Shown here: positions 25,183-40,044 of the stretch, one piece after another | Layout of the letters: each line of letters opens with the position of its first letter | Numbering within the stretch: position 1 is the stretch's first letter | Assembly (NCBI RefSeq): GCF_018350175.1 | Contig: NC_058372.1 | Span: forward strand, 15,562,001-15,626,000 | Origin: Felis catus | Taxonomy: Eukaryota | Direction of reading: 5' to 3' | DNA: 64,000 nt | Notes under the pieces: generated by a model | Database searches by the model: none | What the model saw: only the letters and a program-made list of their open reading frames with translations | What the model was told of the DNA's origin: nothing | Translations under genes and position numbers: made by a program

Positions 25183-25641
25183 GGGGCGCCCGGGTGGCTC
25201 AGTCGGTTAAGCGTCTGACTTCAGCTCAAGTCATGATCTCGGTTCGTGGGTTCGAGCCCACATCAGGCTCTATGCTGACAGCTCAGAGCCTGGAGCCTGC
25301 TTCGGATTCTGTGTCTCCCTCTGTCTCTGCCCCTCCCCTGCTTGTGCTCTGTGTCCCTCTCTCTCAAAAATAAACATTAAAAAAATTTTTTTAAAGTTTA
25401 CTTATTTTGAGAGAGAGACTGCGTGGGAAGGGTAGGAGAGGGAGGGATGGAAGGAGGAAGAGAGGGAGGGATGGAGGGAGGGAGGGAGGGAGAGAGAGAG
25501 AGACAGACAGAGAATCCTAAGCAGGCTCTGCACCATCAGTGTGGAGCCTGATGTGGGACTCGAACTCACGAACTGTGAGATCATGACCTGAGCTGAAATC
25601 GAGAGTTGGCCACCTAACCAACTAAGCCACCCAGGCGCCCC
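25183..25641. mobile_element. Tail-to-tail CAN-SINE pair (+25183-25395, -25396-25641)
   Basis: Two heads at the outer ends; the second copy has a (GGAG/GGAT)n expansion at ~25430-25500. Confidence 0.9.
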
Positions 25642-27279
25642 TCCCATTGTCATTTTACTAATAGGGAAGCCAGAGGATAAGGAACCGATGAACTGAATTA
25701 AGATGAGAAAATTAGTGGCTGATTACGATTTTAGGTCTGAATTCCAGGATTAATGTCCACTAGATCACAGAGCGTACTGCAGGTATGAAAAACCACATGA
25801 TACCTGGAATGATAAGACATCACTTTCAAAAAAGATGCGAATCATCAGGAAAGGAAACGAAGACCGTGTGATTTCAGGAAACCGACAAAAACAAAATCTC
25901 CAACAAGACTGGATCAAACCGATTTGCAATGTGCCTTTTAGGGGCCACTGAAGGCTGACTTTCCATGGAATCTGGTGTAACATTCACTACTGCCTCTTGG
26001 ACACTTTCAGGGCGTGCCATGTAGCAAGACAACTGATTGGATGGACTAAGTCCCTCGTTCTTCATAGACAACCCTAACGAGGTTGCTGGTGGTGTTATTT
26101 CCCTTGTTTTATGGATGAGGAATCAAAGGCAAAAAGAAAAGGCGTCAGGCTGAAATCCCAGCAGTTTACGATTTTGGATCCTAGACGCCTACCGTGACGC
26201 GGGGGCGGCCTCCAGCTTGGCCACGCAGGCGAGGGCAGCCCCGTGACCTCGGATAAACACGGCCCTCTTCAAGTTTGCTTCAACTTAGTCTCTAGTTCCT
26301 TCCCTCCTCCTGTACCCCTCCCCCCCAGAACGGGTGAGCCAATGCTGTGAGCGACCAACCCCGTGTCACATTTTTGTGTCACTGAGCAAGTTCAGGTTAG
26401 AGTAACGAGTAAGAACAGATTTGGAACGGATTGAGAGTATTCTTGGGAGACCACGAACAAGACGATAAAGGGTCTAGAAGCCATCTCAATAAATGATTAT
26501 TGTAATGAGTTAGGGATTATTCGTGCGGAGGAGAGAAGCCCTTAATAAAGTCAATGGTAGCTACCTTCAAAGCTTGGGAAGCTTTTCACAGGCAGGGAAA
26601 GAAAACTGAGGGGGTATAAGTTATGAGAAGTAAAGCTTTTGACCTAATGTAAGAAATAACTTTGTTATAATCGTACCTTCTTGACAACGGGGTGGGCTAC
26701 CTTGGGACCCAGGGAGGTTCCTGTTCTCATGGGGAGTAGAGGACAGGTGGTCAGGAACACTGCAGTAGCCAGTGGGCTGGCTGCCTGGATGCTTTTTATG
26801 GTCCTTTTCAATGATAACATGACCATTTATTCAGATTTATGGCCCAAAGTCTGGCACGAATGCTGCTTAATTCTTCATTCGATTTTCACATTACTCATAG
26901 TGTTCCGTCAGGATCAGGCCACAGGTCTGCACCAATGCCCTACACGTGACATCCCATGAGACCCCGGGGTCTTCGCAGGTGGCACGCACTTTGCATAAGT
27001 GCTCCGTAATGTCTCTTCCTTCCTTCAGTGTTTTTTGGGATCACTGGAAATTGGCGGGAGAAGGACGAAATAACTCTTCCTTTCTGTGTTAAATTTGGTC
27101 AGAACAAGAATGAAATCATGTTGACAGGCAACCGGGAGAAGTTTTAGGCAGTAAGAAAGAAGGGCAACGTCACCAGAGAGAGCGGCGGATCCCACACTGA
27201 ACTAAAAGGTGGCCTGTGACTTCAATGCTTCAGATCCTTCCAGGACTCCTGGACGCTCAGAAAAATCCCTCCATCTTTA

Positions 27280-27496
27280 AAAAAAAAAATTATTACATTT
27301 ATTTATTTATTTTGAGAGGCAGAGAGCCCAAGTTGGGGAGGAACAGAGAGAGGGGGACAGAAAGAGAATCCCAAGCAGGCTCTGCACTGATTGCACAGAG
27401 CCCACTGAGGGGCTCAAGCCCATGAACCGTGAGATCACGACCTGAGCCAAAATCAAGAGTCGGATGCTCAACCAACCGAGCCACCCAGGTGCCTCC
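27280..27496 (-). mobile_element. CAN-SINE with TSD
   Basis: TSD AAATC(C/T)CTCCATCTTTA. Confidence 0.92.
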
Positions 27497-29009
27497 AAAT
27501 CTCTCCATCTTTATTTGTTTCGGTGGTAGGCTTCTCTTTCTCTGGAGGGTGATCTTGTTAGAGTGATATATACATGAATTCCCTATGTCCTGGCTGGTCT
27601 ATCAGAACAACCCTGTGTCTTGACCGAAGACAGGAAGGGAGTGAGACAGGAAGTGATAAGAGTCTGAGGGTAGCACGGAGCACAGGGGGCTGCCTTGGTC
27701 GTGCTGTTCCCTTTCCTATCCCCTGTGTCCATATTATATTGTGATATTATGGAACAGAACAAATCTGTTTTCTTTGATTCATTTCAGTAAAGAACCTGAC
27801 CTGGTCTGGGTCCAAAAGACCTATCCGTTGGTCTACACTCAACTGAAATGTTCTGCGAACACGCGCAGAAATGACTGAAGAACAGCGTGTCACTTGGTTA
27901 GTACTTTCCATGGAAACTCTTAAAGTGGCATCCTTTGAGTAGAGACGTATTTAGCAACTAACATGCTGTCCTGAGTTCCTGCGAGAATCTCTTTCAATTG
28001 ATTCAAGTTCCCATGAGATACAGAGACTTACTGGATATATAGTCGGCGTGGGGATCGGGAATTATGTTGAGTATTAGCTGTCTCCAGGACAACAGTTGTC
28101 CTCTTGCGGAAAGAGTTCTGGATTTGCATTAGGAAGACCCAGGCTGGGGGATGTGTCCCCTCGATTTACTACCTGGGATGGTGCTTTTCAAAACATCTGT
28201 GAGGAAGGACGAGTTCTGTTGGCCGGTTGGTTGGGATATTTATATTTTCAATCGATCACAAACTGATGCTTTTGTAAAACATAATAGAAAATACATAGAA
28301 AATGAAACCCTTTTCTATTATCATATTCAACAGACATAAAATCATTGTCCAATCAGTAGGAAAGTGTCTAAAAGCTTGCTCTCAGTTTCTGTACCTGTAG
28401 GGTTGCAGATGGCCAACAAGCAATCTGTGGACCACTTTTCTGAGAAGCTGGCATTGGGGAGCTCACTTAGCCTGCCTTAGTTTCTCTACTAACCCAGCCT
28501 CCCTAGCTGATGTGAGGATTAAGATGATAATAGTCCATCGAAGACTAAAAAGTGTCATCCAAATTTGAAATGACTACCTTCCTTATTAACAATAACAGTA
28601 GTTGGAAAGGATGGTAAGGGGCCAAAGCAATCTTTTTTCAGTGAGGGTGGATATTAATATACCACCAAGTCAGAATTCCTAGCAACGACTACTTCTTCTG
28701 GAATCAATTAGAACCCAAACCCAGAATACACGGCTGAGAGTCTGGACACCAGATCACAAAGCTCCTGACCAGGTTCATCTTGCCTCTGGCCCTCTGGTGA
28801 CCAGCAGGCCCTCCAGACTACAATTCTCCCATCTGTAGGACCCAGCTAACAGCTGTCACTACTCTGGGACAGATACAGACGGTCCTGAACTCAGACACCT
28901 TCTGCACGGTGGAGTGCAACACTTTCTGCCTGTGATGCTAGGGAATTAGGTCAAGCAACATGCCTGGGAATCACGCTGGGAAATCCGGCAGAAGTGGGGT
29001 GGTATTTGA

Positions 29010-29030
29010 ACACACACAGACACACACACA

Positions 29031-29099
<69 letters not shown>
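29010..29099. repeat. Compound (CA)n(CT)n(CA)n microsatellite
   Basis: Seen directly in the sequence. Confidence 0.96.
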
Positions 29100-29101
<2 letters not shown>

Positions 29102-29454
29102 CAGAACGAGTCCTTCAGATTCTCTTCACAGACCTCCCAGCAAGGTAACTAGAGGAGGATTCTGGAGAAGGCGGGGGCTGCATCAGGTGGGGCTGAACAT
29201 TAACGGCTCAGTAATCAGACTACAGCACCCGCTTCCTTCATCAGCAGAAACAAGGGCGTGCCTCTCTACCTCTCCTCGCCCCCTACTTCTCCGCTGCTGT
29301 CCTGCCGGCTCTCATCCTTTCTTATTTTATATTCAAATCATCTTTCTCCATCATAAAAATAATGCACACAAAATAAAAAATTAGTACAGAAATATATGAA
29401 ATAGAAAAATAAAAGAATTTCTCTCCTTCTCCCCATCTGAGGGATAGTCACTAT

Positions 29455-29729
29455 TTTTTTTCAATTTCTTTAATGTTTACTTATTTATTTATTTTTAATT
29501 TTTTTTTTAACGTTTATTTATTTTTGAGACAGAGAGAGACAGAGCATGAACGGGGGAGGGGCAGAGAGAGAGGGAGACACAGAACCGGAAGCAGGCTCCA
29601 GGCTCTGAGCCATCGTCAGCCCAGAGCCCGACGCGGGGCTCAAACTCCTGGAACGTGAGATCATGACCTGAGCTGAAGTCGGACGCCCAACCGACTGAGC
29701 CACCCAGGCGCCCCTAATATTTATTTATT

Positions 29730-29775
<46 letters not shown>

Positions 29776-29957
29776 CGCGCGCGCGTGAGCATGAGTGGGG
29801 GAGGGGCAGAGACAGAGAGGGAGGCACAGAATCCAAAACAGGCTCCAGGCTCTAAGCTGTCAGCACAGAGCCTCACGTGATGCTTGAACTCATGAACCTT
29901 GAGATCATGACCTGAGCAGAAGTTGGACGCTTAACCAACTGAGCCACCCAGGTGCCC
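29455..29957 (-). mobile_element. CAN-SINE (~29490-29714) nested in the tail of another CAN-SINE
   Basis: Two same-strand bodies; outer flank CACTATT duplicated; (GA)n(GC)n expansion at 29733-29785. Confidence 0.9.
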
Positions 29958-29974
29958 TCCACTATTAATAACTG

Positions 29975-30245
29975 TGTGTATATGTTTTCAAGAAATGTTA
30001 ACAGTTATAGAAGCATATGTGTTATATATAAAACACATATATGTTACTCTTTATATATATTTATGTACTTACATATACTTGCATATAAATACATATATTA
30101 ATATATTTATATTTAAAACTTACATTAAATATATATTTTATATAGTATGTAATTTATTGCAAATATAAACGTTTAATATGTATTATATATCTATGTATTT
30201 ATATATTTACACATATGCTATTTATACAGTACATATGTGGATACA
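29975..30245. repeat. Degenerate (TA)-rich low-complexity tract
   Basis: ATATAT-rich; explains the Y/I-rich ORFs here. Confidence 0.85.
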
Positions 30246-30254
30246 TCTGTTACT

Positions 30255-30472
30255 TTTTCTTCTTTTTTTTTTTTTTCAGAAAGAGCGGGGAGAGGGGCAG
30301 AGGGGAGGGGGGAGGGGGAGGGGGAGGGGGAGAGAAAGAGAGAATCCCAAGAGCAGGCTCCACACTGTCAGCACAGAGTCCAACGTGGGGCTTGATCTCA
30401 CAACCCTGGGATCATGACCCGAGCCGAAATCAAGAGTCAGATGCTCAACCGACTGAGCCATCCAGATGTCCC
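30255..30472 (-). mobile_element. CAN-SINE
   Basis: SINE body with a (GGGGGA)n expansion. Confidence 0.88.
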
Positions 30473-30716
30473 ACTTCTCCTTTCCGATAAATGTGACAGG
30501 CGACATTTTTTTTTTCTCCCATACTTCCCTTGGCATTCGGTTGTCGGTCTGGTTTTACTTTCAAACTCCCCTCCCCGCCCCCCGCCCCCCACCCCAAGTG
30601 AGAATGAGCCCTTACCCTGGTCTTGATATTCCTCAGTCATGGTCAGATCCCCGACCACCTTACCCGGCCGAGCCCACCCCCCACCCCCCCCCCCCCCCCC
30701 CCCCCCCCGCCAGTTA

Positions 30717-31106
<390 letters not shown>

Positions 31107-31437
31107 CTAGAACACCACTCGGACCCACCTTGGGACTGTGGGCACGGACGCGGGCCCCCCACTGAAGACACCAGCAGGGTTGGTGACGCCCACCCAGCAC
31201 CCACCCGCTCTGGTTTCCCGCCTCGAGGGAGCTCAGGGACCCAGGGATTAGCCATGTGGGTCACACGGCCATCAGGCTAAGTATTAGGCTCACCAGCAGC
31301 AGGAAGGGGAAGTGAACGCGCTCCACGTGATCACAGAAACCCCTGGAACTTTAACCAGACCTGCTCTAGGAAATGGCATGGTGTCTACAATTTTACCACT
31401 GTCATGTGAACATAATCCTTTTCAGCCGGCACTTTCT

Positions 31438-31781
31438 TTTTAATTCTTCTTCTTCTTCTTCTTCAATTTACACCTTACATCCAAGTTGATTAGCACAGAG
31501 TGAAGCAATGATTTCAGGAGTAGATTCCTTAGTGCCCCTTGCCCATTTAGCCCATCCCCCCCCTCCCACCACCCCTCCCGCAACCCTCTGTTTGTTCTCT
31601 GTATTTAAGGGTCTCCTGTGTTTTGTCCCCCTCCCTGTTTTGATATTAGTTTTGCTTCCCTTCCCTTATGTTCATCTTTTGTCTCTTCAAGTCCTCCTAT
31701 GAGTGAAGTCATAGGGTATTTGTCTTTCTCTGACCAATTTCGCTTAGCATAATATCCTCTAGTTCCATCCACGTAGTTGCA
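31438..31781 (-). mobile_element. Carnivore L1 3'UTR fragment
   Basis: Similar to 13375-13760 (CAACCCTC.GTTTGTTCTCTGTATT...AGCATAATA.CCTC.AGTTCCATCCACGT); flanking CACTTTCT duplication. Confidence 0.88.
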
Positions 31782-32711
31782 GATTCACTTTCTAACAGGC
31801 ATGGGACTAGAAGCCAGCCCTAGGTTCAAGTCCACTAATGGCATGTCCCTCCACAAGCGGCATCAGTACTGCTAGCCTTAATTCCCTCATCTGGAACCTG
31901 GGGATGATGCTTTAGGAGGATTCGTGGTCATAGGGCTCAGGTGCCCCCACGGGAGGCAAGGCTTCCACGCTCTGTGGGCTATTTAGCTCATCTCTTCACG
32001 TCCACACTTGACCTCCATGGAGTCTGAGCATGGTGGCTGGGCTCGCTGGCCCACTCACGTGGCATCCACAGTTGGGCTGTTCAAACTGTACAGAGGCTCC
32101 ACTACCCATTCCTGGGCCCCGGTGGCAGGTGCACACACCCAACACCCCTTGGTTCCACGACAATGTCTCTGAAGCTTCTCAGAGATGCTCTAAACTTAGG
32201 GGAGCTTCAGGACAGACTAGCCCTTGGGGCATCTTTGGGATGACCTTGCAAATTCCGGGACACGATCTAGCACCGGTGGGAGGCACGGTTGGGTCTTGTG
32301 GGCTGCGGGTGGGCCTGGGAGAAGCCTAGCCAATAAGAGCAAGATGGTGGGAGGGGGAAGGCCGTACGGCATGTGTGTGATGCAGACAGAGCTCTCTGAA
32401 CTTGACAGCTGGAATCCACATCAGGGGGCACTGCAGGGTTCTGGGGACTTAGAGTTTTCTCCAAGTATCTGTCTGCTCCCCGTGTGGCCTTCCATAGTTT
32501 AACCCCCACAGTTCTGCCAAAGTGACATCCTGAGGGCACCAACCTGATGTCACTCCTTTGTTTAAACCCCAGAGACAGAAATAGAGCCCACCTTCCTGGC
32601 ACATCATCCATGGCTCCCATGGTCTGGGTTTAGATGTTTAAGTCATCTCTCTACGCTCACACTTTCCCTCCTGAAGCCTGCTCTGGTTCTCCTGTTAAAC
32701 ACAGCCTCTCC

Positions 32712-32923
32712 GGGGCGCCCGGGGGGCTCAGTTGGTTAAGCGTCCGACTTCAGTTCAGGGCATGATCTCACAGTTTGTGAGTTTGAGCCCCGCGTCGGGC
32801 TCTGTGCTGACAGCTCAGAGCCTGGAGCCTGCTTTGGATTTGGATTCTGTGTCTCCCTTTCTCTCTGCCCCTCCCCTGCTCACGCTCTGTCTCTCTCAAA
32901 AATAAATAAACATTAAAAAAAAA
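32712..32923 (+). mobile_element. CAN-SINE
   Basis: Full body; TTGGAT duplicated internally. Confidence 0.92.
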
Positions 32924-35778
32924 CCCACTTCTCCTACCATATCCGAAAGACTGTAGATCAGAATCTCCTACTGTTTCTCTCCTGTGGATTTTACCTATTT
33001 GCTGGCCCCCAAACTCAGTGTCCACCCTCCCCTGAATCCCACAAGGTGGCCTTTGTCCCTCACATCCTCCACATGGGGCTGCCCCGATCTTCCCTGGTCT
33101 CCTCAAGGCTCCCGTCGCTCAGCACGATGCTACTCCTACGTCACAGAGAAACCCAAGGGGTGCATGCGAGGCCTCCCTGGCCCTCCAGAACCACTGCGTT
33201 CCCCAAACTAGCTGTCTGCACACCCCTGGGCCTTCTCCACTTTCTCTCAGTTTGGAACATTCCTCTCTGTTTTGTCTTCTTGGTCAATTCCTCCTCTCCC
33301 TTCAAGATCCAGCCCAAAAATGACCTGCCCCGAAGAACCTTCCTGGGTCCTTACCTCCCTCCTTCCATTCTGCACCCGGCAGACCTACCTTGGGCACGAG
33401 GTAGGTCAGTGCTAATGGCAACAGTGGCATCATGATGACAGAAATAACTCTAGCCGCCCCTTACCCCATGCTTACCATGTGCCAGATACTGTTCTAAGTG
33501 CTTTTCATTTCAGTCCTCACAAGGAGCCTCTGGCATAGACACACAGCATCTCACTTTTACAGACGACGGCACCGGAGTCTGAAAATACCCAACAGTACTT
33601 CCTGCTTACATAGCTGTCTCCTCTCCTGGAGAACAAGGACCTCGGATAATTTGTCATTCTATGCTTAGCATCTTGCACGGTGCCCAGCTCACAGAGCGAG
33701 AGGCTCACAACATGTTTCTAGAACGGGCTGAATGCTACGAGGCTCTGCTGTGGGATGAGTTCTCACCTTCCCCAGAAATAGATACTCTCGGGATGGGAAA
33801 AATGGGAGCGTAAGGTGGATAAAAATTTCAGGATCACGCAGCTGTGGGTGTATGGACGCGAAACCGTGGATCCTAGAGCTGAGATATGAGGAAGCCTAGC
33901 AATTCCAGGAGGCCTGAGAAAAGATTGCTCCCCAATGCCAAAATGGCAGCCAATCACGACCATGGTTCCCTCATGCTCCTCCACAAAGGCTCACCCTGTT
34001 TGTCACCAGCCCCCAAGCACAGGACACAAGGTAACCACGTTCAGGAGCATGACCAATGGTGCTCACCGCAAAGTGGCTGAGATGTAGAAACTCACCCCCC
34101 TCTGTCCAGTTCCTGCTACCGAAGGGTCCACTCCCTTGACTCTTAGAAGCCTTCACACAAACCTAGCAAATGCAACGTGTACGGAAGTGTTAAGGGTTTC
34201 TGCCCAAGAACTCTTAGCCTGTCCTTCCTTCCTTTGCAGATCTAAGGCAGTAGCTAGGTGCTCACTCGCTTGGGCAGGAGGAAGCAGAGCCAGGAAGGCA
34301 GCATGGAATGGTCTACCTGGGAAGGAACAGTGATTACCTTGAGTTCTACCCATCTCTGTAACCTATAATGTCCCCCCCACACTCTACCACAAGACTTCCC
34401 GTCACCATGACTCCAGCAAAGCTTCCTTGGTTTCTTCACCAGGAAAATGGCCAAGGGAACACCAGGACTTCTATCAGAATGGGTAAGGAAGTAATGACCG
34501 AACTAGCGAACATGGTTACTTTCATTGCTCAAGAAAGGAGATGCTGGGGTCCTAGGGGACCCCTTCTCTTTTCCTGCATCTCCTTTCCGGTTGTTTTACT
34601 CTACACGGTCATCAATTAAATAGGTGTGGGAAATGAAAATGAATTACTTAAGATAATTTTTAGCTCGGTAGACCTGGTATAAAGAGAGAAGATTGGGAAA
34701 AAGGGTCAAATCAGCTGGAATTATCAGCTTTCAGTGAATTCGCTCTGCCATCCCCATCTTTCTCCAACATGGTAGACAAGTGAGGAGGGTCTAAGCAGCC
34801 TGGATCTTCAGTAAGTTTCAGTGCCTGTTTTTCTATCTTTATGACATCTTAATACCACGTCATTGCTCATAACAGATCTGGAGCCATTCTGAGTGTCTAT
34901 GACTTTATCTTTCTGTCCCCTGCAAACTTCTGTGTTCTCTGCCCCCTTGACCACTGCACCAGTCTGGGGCCTCAACTCCTCTTACTGGGTGGATAGCAGG
35001 GTCCACCCTCCTAACCCACCTGCACCCCACAGGGGCATCTCCCTACAGCACGTGTCATGCCGGAGGTCCCATGAGGACTCCCTGCCCCAGTCAGTGCTAC
35101 GGGTCATCCAGCCCAGCCCAGCCCAGCCGGTGCCTCCTGCCCTACAGCTCCCTGGCCAGGCCAAGTTTCCACACTAAGCTTCTCAGGAACCATGCTCATC
35201 CTCAATCAGGGCTTTTGTCACACCTGCCCCCCGAAAACAGCCTCCCAGCTCCTGCGGGATGATCAAAATTGCATTCACCCTTCAAAGCACAACTGAAGAC
35301 CCAACGTCCCCCGTTGCGGCCTCTCCTGCTCCGAATTCCCGTGGCCCTGATGGGCAGGGCCCTGATGGGGTCACCCCCATTTAATTCCGCCCGATTCTGT
35401 ACTGGTCAAGGCCAGCTGCATTTGGATGGCTCTTCCCACATGTGCTACTGCTGTCCCCACAGGATGCCCAGAGCGGAGTGTGGGGAAGCCCAGGCTCCTG
35501 CAGCCTCATGGTCCTCAACCCCAGGGGCGCGTCACCCTCATACCGATGCCGACCCGCCTGCCCTTCTCAGGGATTCTATCGGGGTGCGGGGTGCCCCGCT
35601 GCGTACTTTTTACAAGCCATGTTTGAAAACCCCTCAACTTCTTACTCCTGCCCTGTTCTCTGAAAACGAAACACAAAAGGGTGCTCATTCTTAAGCAGAG
35701 TTCTTGGACCACCTGCAGCGGTCCCAGCACTGAAGCGGTCCCCAGGCTTCACCTCTGACCTGCTGAATAAGAATCTCT

Positions 35779-36006
35779 GGGGGCGCCTGGGTGGCTCAGT
35801 CGGTTAAGCGTCCGACTTCAGCTCAGGTCACGATCTCACGGTCCGTGAGTTTGAGCCCCGCGTCGGGCTCTGGGCTGATGGCTCAGAGCCTGGAGCCTGC
35901 TTCTGATTCTGTGTCTCCCTCTCTCTCTCTGCCCCTCCCCTGTTCATGCTCTGTCTTTCTCTGTCTCAAAAATAAATAAACGTTAAAAAAAAAATTAAAA
36001 AAAAAA
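35779..36006 (+). mobile_element. CAN-SINE with TSD
   Basis: TSD AAGAATCTCTG on both sides. Confidence 0.94.
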
Positions 36007-36764
36007 AAGAATCTCTGAGCCAGGGGTTTGGAGTTTAGCTGCTTCCCAGGTGCTCCCCAGTCAGCGAGTGAGAGGAAAGAATCGGGGAGAACCACTGATT
36101 TGAGGGTGCCGAACTGCTTGAAGCACAGTGCTGCCCGAGGCAGGGATATGATGCATCGGTTCTATCCGGCCCCTGGGCCGGTCCGCAGCATGGTCTCCAG
36201 GTTCTATTTCTATGCTCCCAACCTACAAAGAGTAAAAGACCAATCTGCAGGAGACCAGAGTACTGAAAGCTAAACTATCGGAGATCCACTCACCTCACCA
36301 GTAGCTGTGCCTAAGTCTAACGTCTGCAATTAAGGGACTTGTCTTTAAACGGATTTGTCTAATGGCACTCCCAATTTAATGGTCTCTTTATAAAAATCAC
36401 TTATCATTGAGCATCTCGGGGATGAAAAGATTTCCTATATCCTTCTGGGTGAATTTTTCTCTTTTATTTGCTTTAGAATGCTTTAAGGACATTTCAGACA
36501 AGTTTGCCTAAAGAGCCTGTCTTCAAAATTTTGTCTCAAGCACACACCCTCTGTGTGCTTCTGTGTGCAGTTATTAAACAAATGAAGAGCTGTATACCCA
36601 GTACTCATTTCTGTTTCATGAGCCACTGGCATTTTTGTGACAAGGATGACAGACGGAGATGAATGGATTGGGGACGTCCTGCATGAATGACTTCACGGTT
36701 TCTTTCCAAGAGGCCAATTTCTCAAGGCAGTGATGTCACCCACTTCACTAGGCAGGTATGGGAG

Positions 36765-36890
36765 AGGCAGGTTCCTGGGCCCCCCTTGCAGATTCAGATC
36801 CAGCACGCTTACAGTGGGGTCCAGGAGTCTGCTTTGCAAAGAAGCTCCCGGATCACGGTGACCTCGGTCGAGACCACCCTGAGAAAGAGC
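36765..36890. mobile_element. MER5-like hAT-Charlie fragment
   Basis: CAGGTTCCTGGGCCCC...GTGGGGTCCAGGAGTCTGC...GACCACCCTGAGAAA. Confidence 0.6.
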
Positions 36891-37486
36891 CCCCAGAGGC
36901 ATTCAATCACTTCCAGCATCTGTCATGCTAAACACAGAAGATAAACTGTAAAATCAAACACTCATCCAGCTCTGTTTCAGTTTTCCAATCTGTGAAATGG
37001 GGAGGAATTAGTAGGTCGTAGGCTTCTTGAGCCAATTACATAATATCAGTACGTACCCGGGGCAGCACGGTGCCTGGTACTCGGGTAATGAATAGTAGCT
37101 ATGAATCTGGTCGCTATCATTGTCTTCATTATAGAACTGCTCCCTCAGGGGCTCATCTATTCCCCCCAAGGTTGGTTAAGGTGCCATCACTAGGCTCTCA
37201 TGGGTCCTGTATTTCCCTTTGTCACGGCCTCTCCCATAGAGTCAGTTCAGTCCACTTCACTTTTCTTGACTTGTTGCCGATTTTTACTTGCAGGAGATAT
37301 GACAAGTGACGCGTTGCTTGTATCCTGCTCGGTGCGGCTGTTTCCTCACCTGGCCAGGGACAGGAACTGGGCGCAGGGCATAGCAGGTGCTCCACAAACA
37401 TCTGTTGGTTTTCCTTCTCGTCACGTCTTCGGAGCAGCGGGAAAAGGTAGAACTTAATGACCAGGGTCTCCTATGCGAAGGCTCTG

Positions 37487-37650
37487 CTAATCAAAGTTGG
37501 GGGGGGGGGTCTGTGGACCGGCAGAGGCAGTGACTCTTGGGAGCGAGTCGGACACGCAGATTCCCAGGCTCAGCCCAGGCCTTCTGAATAGAATCTGCGT
37601 CTTGACAAAGTCCCCGGGGGACTCTGCACCCGACAACTCCGATAGGCTAT
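37487..37650. mobile_element. MER5A-like DNA transposon
   Basis: CTAATCAAAGT...TGGACCGGCAG...GCAGATTCCCAGGC...CTGAATAGAATCTGC. Confidence 0.7.
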
Positions 37651-40044
37651 CTTCTAAGAGCCACCGTTTTGCGAAGAGGCTGCTCCCTCGTGCAAGATGG
37701 GACGCGCGCAGGGCCCTCTGGGAGCGATTTTGCTCCTGCACCTGCTCTCGGAGCGCTGAGCAGGGGCGGTGGGAGGCTTCTCTTGCAGGCCTGAGAAATC
37801 ACCCAGGTCTCAGCAGAGCTGAGGTTTAATCCCAGGTCCAAGACCAAGGAGCTCCGTCACTTTGCCTGAGACGTTAGCCTTCCTGAGCCTCAGTTTGCTC
37901 ATCTATACCAAGGGAGCATAACCCGCCTTAATGTCTACCCAGCTTCTTCACGGGGACCAGCGGGCTGAAATCCAGCCTGAGGCCTGTCCTGGGAAGGGCA
38001 GTCACCCCCAGAGGAAGGGGCCGCCTTCTGTGAATTCATTCTTCCAAAGGGCACCTTTTTATAATTTTTTACAACTTTTAAAAATAGCTTTCTGTAACTT
38101 TACAAAGTCCCTGAAGAGTGAGCGGAGGGCCTGAGTGTAAATCTGTGCAGCTGAGTCCTTGATCTGTAAAAGGAGTTCACCAAATACAGGCTTCGTTGGT
38201 TCTGAAAAAGTAATACATTCGCTGCCTCTCCCCACAGGTTGCCGCGAGGGTCGGACGAGGCGGACACACTCTGAGATCTGCGGACCGCCGTATACCTCTG
38301 TCCCGTTGCTTGCAGGGCACTTGCTGAACCCTGGGAGAGACTCCCCCTCGGCCTGATGCTGCCCGACTGGTGTGGGAAGCGAGAAGTCAAGACAGCAACG
38401 GGGAGTGTGGTGGCTTGACGTGTGGTGGTTCTAAGTCAGTAGGCGAAAATCCAGCTGCAAGTGAACCAAATAACGGGAACCAGAGCTTCGGAAGGACCGT
38501 CCCGGCAACCTTCCGGGCTTGCGGCAAAGCGGTGCGGGAAGAAAAAAAAGGCACAGCCATCCGGGTTCAGGGTGCTGTCCTAAGACGCGCTGCCCTGCAT
38601 CGGTATTGAGGGCTGGCCGGAAAGAACCCAGAACCTGGAATGACAGAATCCAGACTCTCTGTGGTTCAGCAGGTGGGAAGGATAGCAAATCCTTATGTGT
38701 GTGCATGGGGGTGGGGGTGGAATTCAGACTCTTTACCTCTAAAAATCCAGGGATCAAGAAGGTCTCCTTTACCTCGATAGCACCTCGCTGAGTAAAATAC
38801 TTTGCATCCATGGGAGGCATGGTGTTTATGGGTTGCCAGAGGACCCACTCTAGCTCCTGCATTTATAATGATGATTGTGGCTGGTCCTGCTGGGGCACGC
38901 ACGGAGCTCTCTGCTTGCTGCCTTCGAAATGGATGAGTCCTCTGCAGCCCGACCGATGGAGATGCAGTATATTCATAAACCTGTCTATGCTGATGGAGTG
39001 CAAAAAGCAGAATCAACCAGTTCCAGAGAGCAAGGAAAATAAACTCCAACTGTGGGTGCCACGGAGCCATAAAACCCAAGAAGGCTCTATTTCCAAACAC
39101 GACACCGCTCTGGCTTACGACTTCAGACAAGGAAATGAAAACCCCAGGCGACTTCTGCAGTCCATTCTTACGCCACAGGACCGGAGTGTCTAACAGAACC
39201 AGTCTGGGCTAAAGGAACACAGCCCGAGCCTCTCTCCTCACTTTTTTATTAACACCTGCTGGAGAAGCCCATTTATAACCGAGGACGCGTTAGAGCACTT
39301 GTCCGTGAGAGTAGCACTTAGCGTCTTCGTGGACAGAGGTGGGGTAACGGTTGCTCGGTCATTTGCCACCTGGTTTCAGCGGGTTAGAGTCTTCGATCTC
39401 CTTTTATAGACACAGACACTCCACCCAAGAACATAAAGAGCCTCTAGAAAGAGTACTTAGAATTTAAATGAGAATCCAGAATCACAGAGCCCAGAATCAG
39501 ACTCCCTCTGGCTCCAACGCGGAGACAAAGGTGCTCAGATGAGTTCCATCAATTCCTTCAGACCATCCTAGGGATTCTTAGGCTGCCAGGCCTTTTTTGT
39601 TGGTCAGATGCCTGGAAAGGCAAAACGTGTCTCCCGACTCCTTGGGGTAAGAGGGATGGTGTGACAGGAAGCGAGTAACAGAGAAGTGACTTGTGTTAAA
39701 TGCCCTAAGCCTGGCTTGCTCTCCCCCAAGCCGGCCAGCACACAGACACGACCATAAACACCTGACGTTCGTGCCAAAGATGTCCTGAGACCTTCCAGAA
39801 TCCTAACACTGAGGGCCATTATAGCATACACATCACCAGCACCTGACTCTGTTTCTAAGTCGCTTTCTACAACAAAGCATTTTGTTTTAAAATTTGTCCC
39901 CTTCCAAAGACCATCTGGACGGCAGATGACAACAAGGAGGGAGGGACATGCATCACTGAGATGGAGATGCTGGGCAGTGGGTGGGGGTCACAGCTGGGTC
40001 ACCGGCCACCTTTGTAGGACATGCAATTAAATTCGATTTTTTTA

